From an uncultured Christensenella sp. (lineage in GTDB: Bacteria; Bacillota; Clostridia; Christensenellales; UBA3700), in the NCBI GenBank assembly GCA_910578245.1, contig CAJTPC010000003.1, positions 5,259 through 69,258 on the forward strand: 64,000 nt of DNA, read 5' to 3'. Positions 15,845-24,900 of this stretch are shown piece after piece (positions within the stretch are counted from its first letter, which is position 1; every line of letters begins with the position of its first letter). The translations under genes were made by a program, and so were the position numbers. The notes under the pieces are model-generated. The model had not been told where the DNA came from and searched no databases. It saw only the letters and a list, made by a program, of their open reading frames with translations.

Positions 15845-17338
15845 TTGTTAGACCTTGAAAGGCTGTTGGACGCGCTTGACGAAAACAAAGTCAAGTATCC
15901 AAAAAAATTCAAAAATATCGAACTTAACGGTTATGACAGCAACCGTTGCGAGGACTTTGCCGATGATTCAAGGAAGGCTATTGAATGGCTTTTGGCAAAG
16001 GGTATCAACAATGGCTTTGACAATAATATCAAGACTGCAATTTACGATCTTGCCGATATGGCGGGAGATATGTCCAAAGATAATATCGCAGTAAAACTCG
16101 ATGATATGCAGGACAAAAAACAACAAATTATCAAGAAGTTCAGATTGAACAAAGGAGAAGGCAAAATGGCAGATATAAAGGGAGAAATCTTAGCTTACGT
16201 CGACAATTCGATTTTCGGTACGAAAATGCTTATTGACAGCGACAGCGTATCGGACTACAATAAGTCGATACTTATGAATTCGCTTGAGATGCTTGAGGAG
16301 TTGAGATTCATAATCGAGGACGCTTTGGACAACTCTTCCGAGGACGCGGCGCACAGAGCAAAGTACGTCTACGGCGATCCCACTTACGCGTTGTGCGCTT
16401 GGAGAGAGAGCGTTGCGCGCGGTATGTTCTACGATGGACTGAATAAGCACCTTGAAGAGGCCAGAGCAGAGGCTGTCAAATGGACGGAACTTACCAAAGA
16501 AGTTAAAAAGAATAAGAGAGCCAAAGAAGCTGATATAAAGGTATATACCGACGATATGTTCTCCAAAATGGTCAAGAGAGATGAGGTCAAGGAAAAAGGC
16601 GACGCTTTCTTTGCAAAACTCAATACCTTTGACAAGCAATTCGAGATACAGAAAGATACCTATGACAGAGTGTCGGAAATCAATAGCGATATAGAGGAAA
16701 TTCAAAGCAAAATATCCGCGCTTATCGACAAAATGGACAGCGGAGAAATGCTTGAAGAAGAAGCTCTCTTGCAGATAGAGATGCTTCAAGACGATGAAGA
16801 ACTCAAAAAGACGGAGAGAGAAACGTATAGAGCAAGCCTTAAGATGATTGCTAGTACCGTATCGGGAATGAAGAGATTGCTCACGCAGTTCAAGAGATTG
16901 GAACTCATATTCAATATGTATCAAAAGGTAGAGCCTAATATGTTCTACGCTATGTTCTCCAATATCGACTTCAACACTTTCTTAGACGTATTGAGTTACG
17001 GCGCAAGCGAAACGCAAATTAATACGGCGCTCAGTTATTATGAAATAGTAATGGAAAACGTGCAGGATCAGACTATGCATATGGCGCAAGTAGACAATCG
17101 CTTTGCAGAGGCGAATAAGATTTTCGACAGATTCAAGACTCCGCAGAAAAAGAAGACGGCGCAAGACGCCGAGAAAGAAGAACAAGCTAAAAAAGATAAG
17201 ATTGCCGAGCTTCGTAAAAAGTATAAAAAGCCTGCTCCGGTAGTTGAAAATAAAGAAAAAGAAGAAGAGCAACGCGTTGAGAATGACGAAAATGACGATT
17301 TGACGCAGATTATCAATACTATAACACCTAAAAAATAA
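15845..17338 (+). CDS. long alpha-helical/coiled-coil protein with a K/E-rich tail (hypothetical)
   Basis: TTG start 1 nt after the upstream stop, with a GAGGTGA RBS. Strongly helical, charged sequence. The C-terminal 70 aa is a K/E/Q-rich low-complexity region. Confidence 0.65.
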   Translation: MLDLERLLDALDENKVKYPKKFKNIELNGYDSNRCEDFADDSRKAIEWLLAKGINNGFDNNIKTAIYDLADMAGDMSKDNIAVKLDDMQDKKQQIIKKFRLNKGEGKMADIKGEILAYVDNSIFGTKMLIDSDSVSDYNKSILMNSLEMLEELRFIIEDALDNSSEDAAHRAKYVYGDPTYALCAWRESVARGMFYDGLNKHLEEARAEAVKWTELTKEVKKNKRAKEADIKVYTDDMFSKMVKRDEVKEKGDAFFAKLNTFDKQFEIQKDTYDRVSEINSDIEEIQSKISALIDKMDSGEMLEEEALLQIEMLQDDEELKKTERETYRASLKMIASTVSGMKRLLTQFKRLELIFNMYQKVEPNMFYAMFSNIDFNTFLDVLSYGASETQINTALSYYEIVMENVQDQTMHMAQVDNRFAEANKIFDRFKTPQKKKTAQDAEKEEQAKKDKIAELRKKYKKPAPVVENKEKEEEQRVENDENDDLTQIINTITPKK

Positions 17339-17358
17339 GTCCCAATGAGGAGTGAAAA

Positions 17359-18111
17359 ATGGCAAGCAGAGATCAAAAGGAAAGACAGCTAAAACAAGCT
17401 ACGCCCGATCCGTATGAGAAAATAATGGCGGACAATCAACGCAAGTTGGAGAGCAAAATGCTCGATGGAAAGCGTAATGAAATGGAAATGGCTATAGAGG
17501 ACCTTGGAAGAAAGGCGATAGAAAGCGAAATGAAATATGGCTCAGAACATTTCAATACCAAGATTTTGACAATGTTCTACAACGTGACCTTCACTATGAA
17601 AGAGTTCGTAGGAATGATGTTCGCGATGAAAGAAGCTATGAGCGTGCTTTCGCAGACTATGAATATCATGGACGACGTATTTAATTTCATCAATGAAATG
17701 ATGATGATTGACAACTACGGCAGTTATTCGGCTTTGGGTCGTATGAAATTGCAACGCAGAATTCGCAAATTCGTAAAGCACAATTCTAATAGAATGAAAG
17801 CTATGTTCAAAATGGTAAGCGGTTACGGTAAGATTGCCGATGGCATGATGAACGCTATGGGTAGCTTCGATAAAAAACTCAAGAAGAGTATGGACGCAAG
17901 CAAAGGCAAGAAGAAAAATGATAACGTTGTAGCGGGATACGAGAGCGAAGCGCAAAAACAACTTGCTAAAATGAGAGAGCAAATGTCAAAAGAAAATTCT
18001 GACGATAGCGACGGCGAGAGCTCGACTGGTAGCGCTCCAAGCGGAACGCCGACAAATAGCGGAGCGTCCGCTTCAGGCAGTGGCGATATCAATATCGACG
18101 ATATTGTGTAA
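17359..18111 (+). CDS. Met-rich helical protein with an acidic/Ser-Gly tail; possibly ESCRT-III/Snf7- or PspA-like
   Basis: ATG with a GAGGAG RBS. 250 aa. The core is basic and helical (AMKEAMSVLSQTMNIMDDVFNFINEMMMID, RMKLQRRIRKFVKH). The tail is disordered and ends in GDINIDDIV. The family assignment rests on composition and architecture only. Confidence 0.6.
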   Translation: MASRDQKERQLKQATPDPYEKIMADNQRKLESKMLDGKRNEMEMAIEDLGRKAIESEMKYGSEHFNTKILTMFYNVTFTMKEFVGMMFAMKEAMSVLSQTMNIMDDVFNFINEMMMIDNYGSYSALGRMKLQRRIRKFVKHNSNRMKAMFKMVSGYGKIADGMMNAMGSFDKKLKKSMDASKGKKKNDNVVAGYESEAQKQLAKMREQMSKENSDDSDGESSTGSAPSGTPTNSGASASGSGDINIDDIV

Positions 18112-18134
18112 GATTATAGTACAAGGAAGAAATT

Positions 18135-19280
18135 ATGGCAAACGACGAGCAGAAAAAAGAGGGCGTAGAAGAGCTTGAGAGTAAGCTCCGCGCCGTCACG
18201 GAAGATATTCGCAAGATACTGGGCGGTCGCAAGGACAAAAAAGACGTGGGCGAGGAAGATAAGAATACGTTGCGTTCAAAGTATTCTCAAGCCGCTCAAA
18301 TTGCGCGCACGCTTTCAAATAGATGTACCGATACCGACAAGATAGAGAAGTATTCTAAGTTTTATAAGCAACTCAGCGACGCGGCGGCTAGTTACGGCTC
18401 GGTACTAAAGAGCAAAGTTCCTAATACAACTTTGGACGACGTCAAAGGACTTGACGACGTCAAGGCTCTCGTCAAGAGTTTTATCTTCATGGCTCGCAAT
18501 CCCGAGATACTTAAGTATTATAAAATGGAAGGCGGATTGGGTATGCTTATGTACGGCGCGCCCGGTACCGGTAAAACTATGTTTGCCGAGGCAATAGCCA
18601 ACGCTATGAATCTACCTCTCTTTATAGTTACGCCAGCAGATATTTTCAAGTCATACGTAGGCGAGTCGGAGCAAGCCGTAAAGCAAATATTCGATGAGAT
18701 AGACACATGTCCGGACGGCGCAATACTTTTCGTCGATGAGTGCGAGTCTATCTTTAGCAGACGTACTCAAGATACCAAGGACTATAAGTCGGCGGTTACT
18801 ACTGAACTTTTGCAACGTATCAACGGCTTTGGCGTTGACGGTTCGAAGAGAATTATGATCGGCGCAACAAATAGACCAGACGTAATAGATCCGGCGTATT
18901 TAAGATATAAGAGATTTTCGCATATAGTTCACGTTACGCCTCCTGATTTTGAGGCAAAGAAAGCTATTATAGAAGGCAAACTTAAGGGGATAGAACTTGA
19001 CGATATATCGCTTGAAGAAGTCGTCAATATGACTAAGGAGTACACCAATGAGGTGGACGACAACGGCGAAGTGCGCACGGTTGCGTACTATTCCGCGGCG
19101 GATATATGCGGTATTATTGAAGAAACTTGTCGTTACGCATTAGAAGAGATAGAGGAGAGCGGCGGGAATAAGGCAATACCTTTGCGCCTTGATATGTTTG
19201 AGAGGGCGTTTAAGAAAATCCCGCCAAGCATAAGCGCAGGATTGCTCGAAGAATACGAGAACTTCCGCAATACTCATTGA
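18135..19280 (+). CDS. classical-clade AAA+ ATPase, Vps4/katanin/spastin-like, with an N-terminal three-helix (MIT-like) region
   Basis: Walker A is GAPGTGKT (18555-18578). Walker B is ILFVDECE (18726-18740 encodes LFVDE). SYVGESEQAVKQIF parallels SKWLGESEKLVK of Vps4. GATNRPDVIDPAYLRYKRF lacks the PGRFD motif of FtsH/Cdc48 and resembles the RRRFE-type meiotic clade. The first 90 aa or so form three predicted helices. Confidence 0.8.
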   Translation: MANDEQKKEGVEELESKLRAVTEDIRKILGGRKDKKDVGEEDKNTLRSKYSQAAQIARTLSNRCTDTDKIEKYSKFYKQLSDAAASYGSVLKSKVPNTTLDDVKGLDDVKALVKSFIFMARNPEILKYYKMEGGLGMLMYGAPGTGKTMFAEAIANAMNLPLFIVTPADIFKSYVGESEQAVKQIFDEIDTCPDGAILFVDECESIFSRRTQDTKDYKSAVTTELLQRINGFGVDGSKRIMIGATNRPDVIDPAYLRYKRFSHIVHVTPPDFEAKKAIIEGKLKGIELDDISLEEVVNMTKEYTNEVDDNGEVRTVAYYSAADICGIIEETCRYALEEIEESGGNKAIPLRLDMFERAFKKIPPSISAGLLEEYENFRNTH

Positions 19281-19326
19281 TAATATCAAATTTGCTCTAT
19301 TATTATGTATTTTGGCAATTCTATAA

Positions 19327-19356
19327 AGGATAGGTGGATCTACCTGTCCTTTTTTG
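19327..19356 (+). terminator. rho-independent terminator closing the nine-gene operon
   Basis: A 9-bp stem AGGATAGGT / ACCTGTCCT with one G-U pair, loop ggatct, then TTTTT. Confidence 0.7.
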
Positions 19357-19440
19357 ATATTTATATCGCAACTCTACGGAGCGTAGGTACTTTTTATCAA
19401 TAAATTATGGTACAATATTCTTAAAGGAAAGGAGGTATTT

Positions 19441-20046
19441 ATGGACGTAATCAAAATCGGTCAATTTATCAGAAATTTAAGGAAAGAAAGGTCTTTAACG
19501 CAACGGGAAGTTGCCGAGCAGTTGCACGTATCTGAAAAGACTATTTCAAAATGGGAAACAGGCAAGGGCTTTCCGGAAATAAGTTTAATGCTTCCGCTAT
19601 GCAATTTTTTTGGAATTAGTATGAATGAACTTTTATCGGGAGAAAGACTTGACGAAAAGCAGTACGTTGAGAATGCAGAGAAAAATATAATTTCGCTTGT
19701 CAATGATAGAACAACGCCGCGCAGGAAAGTTATTATATCTTCAATTTCTTGTTTTTTTGCAACGCTGGCAAGTCTTGCTTTAATTCTCATATCAGCCTTT
19801 TTTGTAACCCAAGTATGGCTTCGACTTGTAATGATAGGAATTGCCTTAATTGTTGTGATTTCTAATGTGGCAGTGATTCTTCTAGTTGCGGTGAGCACGG
19901 AGATTTATAAATGCGATAAGTGCGGAGAAAAATTCGCGCCGACATTATCCGCTTATATTTTCGCGCCACATACTTTTAGTCGGCGTTATTTGAAATGCCC
20001 TCACTGCGGTAAAAAATGTTGGGATAAAAGTAATATAAGAAAATGA
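19441..20046 (+). CDS. XRE-family HTH regulator fused to two TM helices and a C-terminal zinc ribbon
   Basis: IRNLRKERSLTQREVAEQLHVSEKTISKWETGKGFPEISLMLPLCNFFGISMNELL is a typical Cro/C1 HTH. It is followed by the hydrophobic segments ISSISCFFATLASLALILISAFF and LVMIGIALIVVISNVAVILLVAV, then CDKCGEKF...CPHCGKKC. Confidence 0.8.
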   Translation: MDVIKIGQFIRNLRKERSLTQREVAEQLHVSEKTISKWETGKGFPEISLMLPLCNFFGISMNELLSGERLDEKQYVENAEKNIISLVNDRTTPRRKVIISSISCFFATLASLALILISAFFVTQVWLRLVMIGIALIVVISNVAVILLVAVSTEIYKCDKCGEKFAPTLSAYIFAPHTFSRRYLKCPHCGKKCWDKSNIRK

Positions 20047-20049
20047 TTT

Positions 20050-20730
20050 TTAAGCTTTGCGAGCTATTTCATAACTCGTATCAAGCATTGTTTTGATGTC
20101 TTTCAATGGCGCCGAGCCGTCAAGACAGACAGTTATCCAATGCTTTTTATTCATGTGGTAGCCGTTAAAAATTGTCTTGTTGTCAACTATAGTATCAATA
20201 TCATCGGGATTTACTCTTAAATTGATTATTTCAACTTTTTCTTCCGAATGTATTCCGATTTTACTTTTGGCTACGGTGAGTAGTAAGCCATACCATTTTT
20301 TATTATCAGTTCTTCGCCAAATCGCATTGTCGGGAAACTTTTCCCATAAAAATTCCAGTTCATCGCCGTAAGTATCTAAAACATATTGAATTAGACGTTG
20401 AGCATAATGGCTTTTGAAAATAGATTTTTCAAAACATTTTTCGGCTATTTCGCTTAAAGTATTTTCGTAAGCTGTTCTTACATCTCCGACGAAACTTCCA
20501 ACTGCATCATCTGCAAGAAATAACGTGTAAGGTTCATTGGTAGCCAAATCAATGATTTCTGTAAAAATATCCGAATCTGAGATATGAATATTTATTGCAA
20601 ATTGCCCGTCCATAATTTCGACAGCATATGAATATACGTCATTTGATTGGGTAAAACCGTATTCCAGAAGTTTAGTGAAATTAGGTTTGCAATATTTGAA
20701 AATTCGTTCTGAAATCTTATTGTTCATCAT
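20050..20730 (-). CDS. MmcQ/YjbR-family protein with an N-terminal extension
   Basis: The C-terminal region WEKFPDNAIWRRTDNKKWYGLLL...GYHMNKKHWITVCLDG matches the YjbR/MmcQ signature. The likely start is MMNNK at 20730. The upstream part of the ORF track overlaps the end of the next gene. Confidence 0.7.
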   Translation of the reverse strand: MMNNKISERIFKYCKPNFTKLLEYGFTQSNDVYSYAVEIMDGQFAINIHISDSDIFTEIIDLATNEPYTLFLADDAVGSFVGDVRTAYENTLSEIAEKCFEKSIFKSHYAQRLIQYVLDTYGDELEFLWEKFPDNAIWRRTDNKKWYGLLLTVAKSKIGIHSEEKVEIINLRVNPDDIDTIVDNKTIFNGYHMNKKHWITVCLDGSAPLKDIKTMLDTSYEIARKA

Positions 20731-21163
20731 TTTTGACTTTTGCTCCGCAATAAGGACATACTTCATCTTCTGGGAAAAGTTGATAATTGCATTCTTTGCA
20801 AAATGTAATTCCCTCAGCTTCAAAATCGAAGTTATCATTATCGTTAACGCTATCACTAACGTTCTCGCAATATTTATCAACATTTTCAGTACTTAATTCA
20901 TTCTTTTCTATTATACCTTTTTCTAAAAGTGCGTTCTCTAAAATAGTTAATCTTTTAATAGTGTTATCCAAAGAAAACAAAAGGATGAGTTCAATTATAC
21001 TTGAAACACTAAAATATAGCCAAGTCAACCACGATAATATTTTTAATATTACAAGAATTAATATTGTGATTTCCGCAATAAAAAACACGATTAAAGAGAT
21101 ACAGGCTATTATGTGCACTAAAGACTTAGAATTCTGAGAATCCTTTTCAGGTAAACTTTTCAT
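20717..21163 (-). CDS. small membrane protein with a C-terminal zinc ribbon (hypothetical)
   Basis: ATG at 21163 with an AAGGA RBS. Two TM helices, then FCKECNYQLFPEDEVCPYCGAKV. Confidence 0.55.
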   Translation of the reverse strand: MKSLPEKDSQNSKSLVHIIACISLIVFFIAEITILILVILKILSWLTWLYFSVSSIIELILLFSLDNTIKRLTILENALLEKGIIEKNELSTENVDKYCENVSDSVNDNDNFDFEAEGITFCKECNYQLFPEDEVCPYCGAKVKNDEQ

Positions 21164-21395
21164 AGGCAATCCTTGATAATTTTATTATATATTTTCTGAT
21201 AGAGAAAAAATTTTACTCTCTTATTTTTAATATGGTAGCACATTTTTATATTTAAGGCAAACATTCTGTAGATTATTGGTTTATAAATATAATTTTGTAT
21301 TCAATAGCGAGCAAGCGGATAGCGTCTTGTGCGAGCGTCACAAATTCGGACTGTCCTAATACTGCCAACAAAAGCAAGTCCGCCAAATTTGGGAA

Positions 21396-21426
21396 TAACA
21401 AAAAGAGAGCAGTCGGCTCTCTTTTA
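21396..21426. terminator. bidirectional hairpin terminator downstream of tRNA-Val
   Basis: AGAGAGC / GCTCTCT stem with loop agtcg. It is flanked by an A-run on the left and a T-run on the right. Confidence 0.6.
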
Positions 21427-21456
21427 TGTTCCCGTCCATAGGCAGGACTTGCGACC

Positions 21457-21531
21457 TGGTGGGCAATATAGGATTCGAACCTATGACTTTCTCCACGTCA
21501 AGAAGACACTCTCCCTCTGAGTTAATTGCCC
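21457..21531 (-). tRNA. tRNA-Val (anticodon GAC), 75 nt with encoded CCA
   Basis: Folded by hand from the reverse complement GGGCAAT-TA-ACTC-AGAGGGA-GAGT-G-TCTTC-TTGACGT-GGAGA-AAGTC-ATAGG-TTCGAAT-CCTAT-ATTGCCC-A-CCA. All four stems pair, with one G-U in the anticodon stem. The T-loop is TTCGAAT and the anticodon is GAC. Confidence 0.9.
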
Positions 21532-21924
21532 ATATATTTAGTTAAGCGTTGTTATTATACATACGCGGATAGGGGGATGTCAAGCATTTGAAAAACGGTA
21601 AAATATTTGATAGATTTTTTTTGCGTTGCGCAGTGCGGTTGTTCAAATTGAGTGGATTTTATTTGCTGGAAATGTAAATTATGAGATAAATGTTTGATAA
21701 AAAATTAACAATATATAATAAGATAAAATTCTATAATCACGTTATTATAAATTTTTACGAAAAAAATCGAAAAAAAATTTTTTTAATTATTCCAAAATAG
21801 TTATTGCTGGTGTAAAATATACTAGCAAGATAGTTTGGCATTAGTTGGGAAGTGATAAAGTCATGCGAATAAGGGCGCGCGACTTTATGGGCAGACTTGA
21901 GTATTAAGTATGGGTGATAGAATT

Positions 21925-24900
21925 ATGAGAAAATCAAGAAAATTTATTTTAGCAATTTTAATTGTTTTAACGATTGTTATGGCGATGAGCGCTTTTGTTG
22001 CTTGCAAGAAGGAAAACGCGCCAAACACTCCCAATACTCCTATCACACCTAATAAGCCAAGTTCGCCGTCGGGCGAGCCGAATACGCCTATTATTCCGGA
22101 CACATCGGTAACATTAACATTTTTCAGTAATAACGAGGAAGTTGCTACTAAAATCGATATAGATAAAGCAAAAGAGATTTTGGCAAGTCAGCCTACACGC
22201 GAAGGATACGAATTCAAAGGCTGGTATCTTGACAAGGATACTTGGCAAATGGAAGTCACAAGTTCTAATGTCGAGGAAACAGTAAAAGAAGATGTCAACG
22301 TATACGCATATTGGATTGAGGTAATTGATAAGATTACAGTACGATTCCTCGATTATACGGGAGCGGAATTGCTAAAAAAAGATTATGAGCGTAGCGATGA
22401 CCAGCTTGAAAAAGATTTGGCAAGTTTGCGTCCTTCAGATTATGAAGACGAACAATATGAATATACCTTTGACAAATGGGATTGCGACTTGTCGGATGAG
22501 TCAAAAGATTCTTACGTAGCTACGCCTCTTTACACAAGCGAATTGAGAATCTTCGAGGTCAAATTCTACGTTGAAGGCAAGTTGTATTATACCGACTTCG
22601 TCAGATACGGCGATGACGCTGATTTGAGCAAAGTGGGAATTCCGACTAAGCCTCTAGACGACGTATTCAAATATGAATTTATAGGTTGGATAGGCAATCT
22701 TGATAACATAACGCAAAATACCAACGTAATTGCAAAATTCGATGAGATTTACGTGGAAGTATATACAGTCGTATTTACCAACTGGGAGGGTTCTGTGCTA
22801 GAAACCGTCAAGGTAGAGAGCGGAGAGTCGGCAGTATACAGCAAAGATATTCCTACGCGTGAGCAAAACGAGATGTATACTTACGAGTTTGCAGGTTGGA
22901 CAACAAGTAATGACAACGCTGATTTGGACAACGTTACGTGCAACTTTGTTGCGATGGCAAATTACAATGAAGTCATAAGGACTTATACAATAACTTTTAC
23001 GGACGATAATGATAACGTTATAAGCACGCTTTTAGACGTTCCTTACGGCACTGATTTAAGAGCTTCGTCTGCGTTCAGTATCCCGTCTAACGAAGACGCG
23101 TATATGGAATCTACGCCGAAATACGATTATACCTTTATTGATTGGGATCAATACCTAAACCGCGTGTATAGCGATATGACGGTAAAGGGTATTTATAAAA
23201 AGACGATAAGGAGATATATAGTACAGTTTATCAACAACGGCAGTGTTATTTCTACGCAAGAAGTTGAGTATGACCAATATCCAACTTTGCCGGCAAGCAA
23301 TATTTTCAGCGGTTTGAAGAACGAAACAGTTAAATGGAATTTCCAGTTCTTTGGCTGGCAAGTACTTGACGTAGATACCACAGTAGAGGGCGGCGAGGCC
23401 GACATAGACGCTGATGACGGAACGGACTACAGATATACCGTAGAAAATACCGAAGGGTTGGAGAAACTAAATCCTGAAAACATTCAAGTTCACGGCGTGA
23501 TTACATATACTGCAGTTTATTCTAGAACCATTCAGCAATATGTTGTAAAATTCTTCAATGAAGAAAACGATGCGGAAACGTTGAAAGAAATTACCGTACC
23601 TTGGGGTACGAATATATTGACGAGCGAAATAGAGGATTATCAAGCTCCTACGCCGTTTAAGCAATCAGTTCCTAAGTGGGATTATGAATTCACTAATTGG
23701 AGCAGAGATTTGACTAAGATTGAAGCAGATATCAGCGTATATGCGAATTATCTAGCTCATATTAGATCTTATTTAGTAACGTTCTTCAACGACGGAGTAC
23801 AGTACGGCGAGCCTTATATGGCTGAGTACGATAGCGTAGTGATTATGCCGGAAATCAATCCAACGAAGTTGTCTACTATGGAATACGACTTTGAATTTGC
23901 CGGATGGGATAAATTGAATGACTACGTAATACAAGGCGAAACTCAAATTAATGCAACCTATAAAGACAATATTAGGTCATACGTTGTGACGCTGTTCAAC
24001 TTGGCTACCCGTGAGCTTATTTCAACGGGAGAGTTCAGTTACGGTACTAAGATTACCACCAAGATAAACTTCAACGGCTATGACTTTGACTCTTGGTATA
24101 GAGATCCCGATTGCAATACCGTATTTAATCAAGAGGAAGAATTTGTAGACGGTCCTATGATGCTCTTTGGTAATATCGTAATGAAGGGATTGTTGTTCAA
24201 TGACAACAATGAGATTGTCGGATACGACGGAGTAGAGGACGCTTTAACCAATCTCGTTATTCCTATGGCGGCTAATGGGAGAAAGGTTAGTACAATCAAG
24301 GAAAAGGCTTTAGCAAAGTCAAATATAAAGTCAAATTCGATTGGAAGCATATTTATTCCAATTACTGTTACAAAGGTTGAGGCGTATGCATTCTCGGAAC
24401 TTGTTCTTACGGAAACGGGCGGAATTTACGTTCAAGCTAATAAAGCAACGGGGTCGTTAACCAGACCTTCCGGTTGGGCAGAGTACTGGAACAGAGATTC
24501 GTTTTGGGTTTATAATGAGGGAAATAGACCGGTAACTTACGGCGTAAACGGCGTATATTCCGTCGATAACTTCCAGTATATGGCGTTCTCAAGCGGAGTT
24601 GCTTACGTAGATAAATTTATTAACAATTCTGTTTCGACAGCTTATATTCCGGGCAACGTAACCGTCGAGGTACCGTCGTTTACTGTGGATACTTGGGTAG
24701 ACGAGGGCAAGACGGAAGAGCAGAGATTGATTTACGATACTGAGTATAGCGAGGTGACTTACAACGTTACTCAAGTCGCAGTGTCGGCATTTGAAGGTTG
24801 CGGAAATCTTGGAACTATATTCGTACCTAGTACGATAGAGAGGATAAACAACTATGCATTTAGCGGACTTACAACGTCTATCTATATTGCTAAGACGGAA

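Noticed and set aside
1-21456. Prophage interpretation of the accessory region
   Set aside because: No capsid, portal, terminase, tail, holin or lysin-like genes are recognisable. Only a small serine recombinase and an XRE regulator are phage-like. An island or defence locus is more consistent, although the left boundary lies outside the window.
21329-21520. 63-aa ORF on the + strand
   Set aside because: It overlaps tRNA-Val on the opposite strand and its terminator, and it has no RBS. It is an artefact of the tRNA region.
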